Shown: positions 59,483 through 64,000 of the stretch, piece after piece | Position numbering within the stretch: the first letter of the stretch is position 1 | How the letters are laid out: each line of letters begins with the position of its first letter | NCBI GenBank assembly: GCA_963822835.1 | Contig: CAWGIZ010000010.1 | Span: 29,252-93,251 of the forward strand | DNA from: an uncultured Alphaproteobacteria bacterium | Lineage (GTDB): Bacteria > Pseudomonadota > Alphaproteobacteria > CAVTAV01 | Length of the DNA: 64,000 nucleotides | Reading direction: 5' to 3' | Position numbers and translations under genes: made by a program | The notes under the pieces: model-generated | The model's input: only the letters and a program-made list of their open reading frames with translations | Told to the model about the DNA's origin: nothing | The model's database searches: none

Positions 59483-62400
59483 GTGACCCACGATTTCTGG
59501 AAGCCCAAGGACGCCCATATCGGCAAGGTCATCACCTATGCCGAATCCCGGCTCGGGCCCAACGATGCCCGGCCGGTGACCGATTTCATCAGGCTTTATT
59601 ACGCCCATGTCTCCCCGGACGACGTGCTCGACGTTCCGGTCGAGACGCTCTACGGCGCGGCGCTCTCCGCCTGGAAGCTGGCCGCGCGCCGGCTGCCCGG
59701 CGAGGTGAAGCTGCAGATCCTCAATCCGAACCTTTCGGAGCATGGCTGGAGCTCGGCTCACACCGTCATTCAGATCGTGAATGACGACATGCCGTTCCTG
59801 GTGGATTCGGTGAGCAACGCGCTCGCCTATATGAAGCACAAGGTGCATCTGGTCATTCACCCGGCGATGTATATCGGCCGCGACGCGGAGGGCCGCCTGA
59901 TCCGGGTGCTCGACCGTGCCGATGCCGGTGCGGAGAAGGCCGCCGAGGCCGAGGGCGCGCGGCTTGAGTCGATCATGCATATCGAGATCGACGAGCAGAT
60001 CGAGCCCAGGGTGCTGACCGACATCCAGGACCGTCTGCGCCTGGTGCTGTCCGATGTCCGGCTCGCGGTTCAGGACTGGCGCGCGATCGTCGGCCGGCTG
60101 AACGGCATTGTCGAAGAGCTCGAATCCGCGCCGCCGCCGATCGAGAAGGCCGAAATCTCCGAGACCGTCGATTTCCTGAAATGGCTTTCCGACAATAACT
60201 TCACCTTCCTCGGCTATCGCGAATACGAGCATGTCGGCAAACGCGGCGACGAGAGCATCAAGGCGGTCGAGGGATCGGGCCTCGGCATGCTGCGCGATCC
60301 GGAGCGGCATGTGCTTGAAAGCGCCGAGGAGCTCGCGGCGCTCTCGCCCGAAGTGCGCGATTTTTTCCAACTGCCGGAGCTGATGATCATCACCAAGGCG
60401 AATGTCCGGGCGACCGTGCATCGCGCGGTGCATATGGACTATGTCAGCGTCAAGCGGCTCGACGCCAAGGGACGGCTCAAGGCCGAGCATCGCTTCGTCG
60501 GACTCTTCACCTCCGCCGCCTATAATCTGAGCCCGCGTGCGATTCCGGTGCTCCGGCGCAAGGTGCGCCACATGCTGGAGCGCGCGAATTTCCTGCCCGC
60601 GAGCCATGACGGCAAGGCGCTGCTCAACGTGCTCGAAACCTATCCGCGCGACGAGCTGTTCCAGATCGACGAGGAGACGCTGTTCGACACCTCGATCGGC
60701 GTTCTCCGTCTGCAGGAGCGGCCGCGCGCCAAGGCCTTCCTGCGCTATGACAAGTTCGAGCGCTACGTCTCGGCGCTGGTCTACGTGCCGCGTGAGGTCT
60801 ACGACACGGATCTCAGGGTCAAGATCGGCGACATTCTCTGCGCCGCCTTCAATGGCGCCATCTCGGCGCATTACGTTCTTCTCGGCGAAGCCGCGCTCGC
60901 GCGGATTCACTTCATCGTCAAGACCCGGCCCGGCGACGTGCCGGCGGTCGACGTGGCCGAGATCAACGAGCAGATCGCGGAAGCGGCGCGCAGCTGGAGC
61001 GACCGCTTGCGCGACGCCGTCGTCACCAAGCATGGCGAGGGCATCGGCAACCGGATCTGGACCCGTTTCACCGGCGCGTTCTCCGCCGGGTATCGCGACA
61101 CCTTCAGCCCGGAACTCGCGCTCTACGACATCGAGCGCATCGAGGGGCTGGAGAACGCGGGCGACGTATCGTTCAATTTCTACCGGCCGATCGAGGACCC
61201 CGCCAGCCAGCTGCGACTCAAGATCTATCGCTCGGGCACGCTCATTCCGTTGAGCGATTGTCTTCCCATGCTGGAGCATGTCGGGCTCAAGGTGCTCGGC
61301 GAACAGGCCTTCGAGGTCCGCACGAACGAGCAGACGGAATATTGGGTGCACGACTTCCGCATGGAGGACCGCGACGGCGGCGAGATCGATCTCGCGGCGT
61401 GCCGCGCCCGGCTCGAGGAAACCCTCGGACGGGTGTGGGCCGGCGAGGTCGATGACGACGGCTTCAACGCGCTGGTGCTGAAAGCCGGTCTCGACTCGCG
61501 CCAGACCGTGATCCTGCGCGCCTATTTCGCCTATCTGCGCCAGATCGGCCTTACGTTCAGTCCGGCCTATGTGCAGGAGACCCTGATCCGCAACCCGGCG
61601 GTCGCCTCGCATCTCGTCGAGCTGTTCGAGACCCGCTTCAATCCCGAGCTCGACATCACGGTGGAAGAGCGCGCGGCGAGCGCCGACGTGATCGCCAAGG
61701 AGATCGAGGGCCTGCTCGAAAAGGTATCGAGCCTCGACGAGGATCGCATCCTGCGGCGCTATCTGAACGTCGTGCAGTCGATCCTGCGCACCAACTATTT
61801 CCAGCGCGACGAGCACGGCGCGCCGAAGCCGCAGCTTTCCTTCAAGCTCTCCTCCCACGGGCTCGACGAGATGCCGCTGCCGCGTCCCTTTGTCGAGATC
61901 TTCGTATTCTCGCCGCGCGTCGAGGGCATCCATCTGCGCGACGGGCAAGTGGCTCGCGGCGGCATCCGCTGGTCGGACCGGCGCGAGGATTACCGCACCG
62001 AAATTCTGGGCCTCATGAAGGCGCAGCGGGTGAAGAACACCGTCATCGTGCCGGTCGGCGCCAAGGGCGGCTTCCTGCCGAAACGACTGCCGCAGGGAGA
62101 CCGCGAGGAGATCTTCGCGGAGGGCGTGGCCTGCTACAAGACCTTCATCTCGAGCCTGCTCGATCTCACGGACAATATCGTGAAAGGCGTGATCGTGCCG
62201 CCGGCGCGCGTGGTGCGCTGGGACGGCGACGATCCCTATCTGGTGGTCGCGGCGGACAAGGGCACGGCGAGCTTCTCCGACATCGCGAACGGCGTCGCCA
62301 AGGAACATGATTTCTGGCTCGGCGACGCCTTCGCCTCCGGCGGTTCCGCCGGCTATGATCACAAGAAGATGGGCATCACCGCGCGCGGTGCGTGGATCAG

Positions 62401-64000
62401 CGTGCAACGTCATTTCCGCGAGATCGGCATCGACGTTCAGGAGAAGCCGATCCGCGTGGTCGGCATCGGCGATATGTCTGGCGACGTGTTCGGCAACGGC
62501 ATGCTGATGTCGCGCCAGATCAGGCTGGTGGCGGCGTTCGATCACCGTCACGTCTTCATCGATCCGGACCCCAATCCCATGGAGAGCTTCGTCGAGCGCG
62601 AACGCCTGTTCACGCTGCCGCGCTCGTCCTGGGCGGATTACAACGCGGCGCTCATCTCGAAGGGCGGCGGCATCTTTCCGCGCACCGCGAAATCGATCGC
62701 GCTCACCGCCGAGATGAAGGCGCTGCTCGGTGTGGATACCGACAAGCTGACGCCGAATGAACTGATCCACGCGATCCTCAAGGTCGACGCGGATCTGCTG
62801 TGGGTCGGCGGCATCGGCACCTATTGCAAGGCCCATGACGAGACTCATGCCGAAGCCGGCGACCGCGCCAACGATCCGGTGCGGGTCGATGGCCGCGATC
62901 TCCGTTTCAAGGTTGTGGGCGAGGGCGGCAATCTCGGCTTCACGCAATGCGGCCGGATCGAATACGCGCGCCACGGCGGCCGCATCAATACCGACGCGAT
63001 CGACAATTCCGCCGGCGTCGATTGCTCCGATCACGAGGTCAATATCAAGATCCTGCTGAACGCGGTCGTCGCCGAGGGCGAGATGACCGAGAAGCAGCGC
63101 GACCGCCTGCTCGCCGAGATGACGGAGGAAGTCGGGAGCCATGTGCTGACCGACAATTACCTGCAGACCCAGGTGCTGTCCGTCACCGAGACGCAGGGCA
63201 CGAAACACCTCCAGCGGCAGATCCGGTTCATGCGCTCCATGGAGCGCGAGGGCATGCTCGACCGCGATGTCGAATTCCTGCCCGACGACGAAGCCCTGGC
63301 CGAGCTCGCCAACGACCGCCAGGCGCTGACCCGGCCGGAGCAGGCGGTGCTTCTGGCCTATGCCAAGATGGAGCTCTATCACCGCCTGGTCGGCAGCGAC
63401 ATCGGCGGCGACCCGGCGCTCAAGCGCGATCTCGCGGGCTATTTTCCGGCGCCGCTCCGGGACCGGTTCGCTAGTGCGATCGAGTCCCACCGGCTCAAGA
63501 ACGAGATCACCGCAACCGTGCTCTCGAACGAGATCGTCAATCAGGGCGGCGCGGCCTTCGCCTATCGCATTCAGGAAGAATCGGGCGCCGATTACGCCGA
63601 GATCGCGCGCGCCTATATCGCGACGCGCGAGATCTTCAAACTGAAGGATCTGTGGTCCTCGATCTACGCGCTCGACAACAAGGTGCCGGCCGCGATCCAG
63701 TATCTCATGCTGATGGAAACGGTCGCGCTGCTGCATCGCTCGACATTGTGGTTCCTGCGCAACCGCGAGCAGCCCATGGCGATCGGCGACACGGTCGAGG
63801 CGTTCCTGCCGGGTGTCGAGCAGCTGAAGGAAAACGCCCGCAAGATTCTGACCGAAAGTCAGGTCGAGACGCTCACCGAACGCACCGCGACCTATGTCGA
63901 GCAGGGCGTGCCGAGGGAGATCGCGCTTCATATCGCGGGCGCCGAGCCGCTCGCCTCGGCCTGCGATATCGTCTATGTCGCGAACGAACTGAACCGCGAC
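59483..64000 (+). CDS. gdhZ: NAD-specific glutamate dehydrogenase (large ~1600-aa GdhZ/GdhB type); 3' end off-window
   Basis: Hand translation of plus frame 2 from GTG 59483: VTHDFWKPKDAHIGKVITYAE..KLQILNPNLSEHGWSSAHTVIQIVNDDMPFLVDSVSNAL.. and at the window end ..QGVPREIALHIAGAEPLASACDIVYVANELNRD. No stop in the window, so it is absent from the ORF track. Confidence 0.9.
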   Translation, partial: MTHDFWKPKDAHIGKVITYAESRLGPNDARPVTDFIRLYYAHVSPDDVLDVPVETLYGAALSAWKLAARRLPGEVKLQILNPNLSEHGWSSAHTVIQIVNDDMPFLVDSVSNALAYMKHKVHLVIHPAMYIGRDAEGRLIRVLDRADAGAEKAAEAEGARLESIMHIEIDEQIEPRVLTDIQDRLRLVLSDVRLAVQDWRAIVGRLNGIVEELESAPPPIEKAEISETVDFLKWLSDNNFTFLGYREYEHVGKRGDESIKAVEGSGLGMLRDPERHVLESAEELAALSPEVRDFFQLPELMIITKANVRATVHRAVHMDYVSVKRLDAKGRLKAEHRFVGLFTSAAYNLSPRAIPVLRRKVRHMLERANFLPASHDGKALLNVLETYPRDELFQIDEETLFDTSIGVLRLQERPRAKAFLRYDKFERYVSALVYVPREVYDTDLRVKIGDILCAAFNGAISAHYVLLGEAALARIHFIVKTRPGDVPAVDVAEINEQIAEAARSWSDRLRDAVVTKHGEGIGNRIWTRFTGAFSAGYRDTFSPELALYDIERIEGLENAGDVSFNFYRPIEDPASQLRLKIYRSGTLIPLSDCLPMLEHVGLKVLGEQAFEVRTNEQTEYWVHDFRMEDRDGGEIDLAACRARLEETLGRVWAGEVDDDGFNALVLKAGLDSRQTVILRAYFAYLRQIGLTFSPAYVQETLIRNPAVASHLVELFETRFNPELDITVEERAASADVIAKEIEGLLEKVSSLDEDRILRRYLNVVQSILRTNYFQRDEHGAPKPQLSFKLSSHGLDEMPLPRPFVEIFVFSPRVEGIHLRDGQVARGGIRWSDRREDYRTEILGLMKAQRVKNTVIVPVGAKGGFLPKRLPQGDREEIFAEGVACYKTFISSLLDLTDNIVKGVIVPPARVVRWDGDDPYLVVAADKGTASFSDIANGVAKEHDFWLGDAFASGGSAGYDHKKMGITARGAWISVQRHFREIGIDVQEKPIRVVGIGDMSGDVFGNGMLMSRQIRLVAAFDHRHVFIDPDPNPMESFVERERLFTLPRSSWADYNAALISKGGGIFPRTAKSIALTAEMKALLGVDTDKLTPNELIHAILKVDADLLWVGGIGTYCKAHDETHAEAGDRANDPVRVDGRDLRFKVVGEGGNLGFTQCGRIEYARHGGRINTDAIDNSAGVDCSDHEVNIKILLNAVVAEGEMTEKQRDRLLAEMTEEVGSHVLTDNYLQTQVLSVTETQGTKHLQRQIRFMRSMEREGMLDRDVEFLPDDEALAELANDRQALTRPEQAVLLAYAKMELYHRLVGSDIGGDPALKRDLAGYFPAPLRDRFASAIESHRLKNEITATVLSNEIVNQGGAAFAYRIQEESGADYAEIARAYIATREIFKLKDLWSSIYALDNKVPAAIQYLMLMETVALLHRSTLWFLRNREQPMAIGDTVEAFLPGVEQLKENARKILTESQVETLTERTATYVEQGVPREIALHIAGAEPLASACDIVYVANELNRD

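Noticed and set aside
59426-63931. 1501-aa minus-strand ORF, the longest ORF in the track
   Set aside because: It is exactly antisense to the plus-strand NAD-glutamate dehydrogenase frame, which translates into recognisable GdhZ sequence along the region. The minus product is low-complexity R/D/L/H/G-rich with no motif. I treat it as a GC-driven shadow ORF.

Overview
GC-rich chromosomal segment (about two-thirds G+C by eye). Gene content and synteny look alphaproteobacterial, Rhizobiales/Hyphomicrobiales-like. I support about 56 protein genes, one tRNA-Gly(GCC), and no rRNA, CRISPR array, transposase, integrase or phage gene. Order: mnmG-rsmG-parA-parB (perfect parS palindrome inside rsmG); holA-lptE-leuS-DUF3576 on the minus strand; a porin-like gene; thiE-like/yggS/L,D-transpeptidase/ribA-like; response regulator-MBL hydrolase-methyltransferase. 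Next is a five-gene glycosyltransferase/deacetylase operon, divergent from an exporter-like ABC protein with a catalytically degenerate, insertion-bearing NBD plus a cNMP-binding module. Then xthA, lolA, ftsK, an aminotransferase, glnK-amtB with NtrC/sigma54-type signals, a ubiH-family gene, ggt, a small housekeeping cluster (DUF971, Trm112-like, LON N-domain, thioredoxin-TPR, ProX) and tRNA-Gly. After the tRNA the content is more accessory: yeiH, LysR, CmcJ-like, a bacterial CarS homologue, metallophosphoesterase, a secreted orphan, DUF427, AKR, PAS-GGDEF, TonB receptor + PiuC-type dioxygenase, fadE, two tandem secreted beta-propeller paralogues, flavin reductase, a Pro-rich secreted protein, and a CtrA-box-preceded PAS gene coupled to an acidic protein. 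The window ends in the 5' 4.5 kb of NAD-glutamate dehydrogenase (plus strand; the ORF track shows only its 1501-aa antisense shadow). Two caveats. About 22 genes, including essential ones, need frame changes to give full-length proteins; the breaks are patchy and look like consensus indel errors, so I typed them pseudogene 'as assembled'. Many long ORFs in the track are GC-driven shadow frames. The most interesting candidate is the cNMP-linked, non-catalytic ABC-fold protein paired with the glycosyltransferase operon (about 15.4-24.8 kb).
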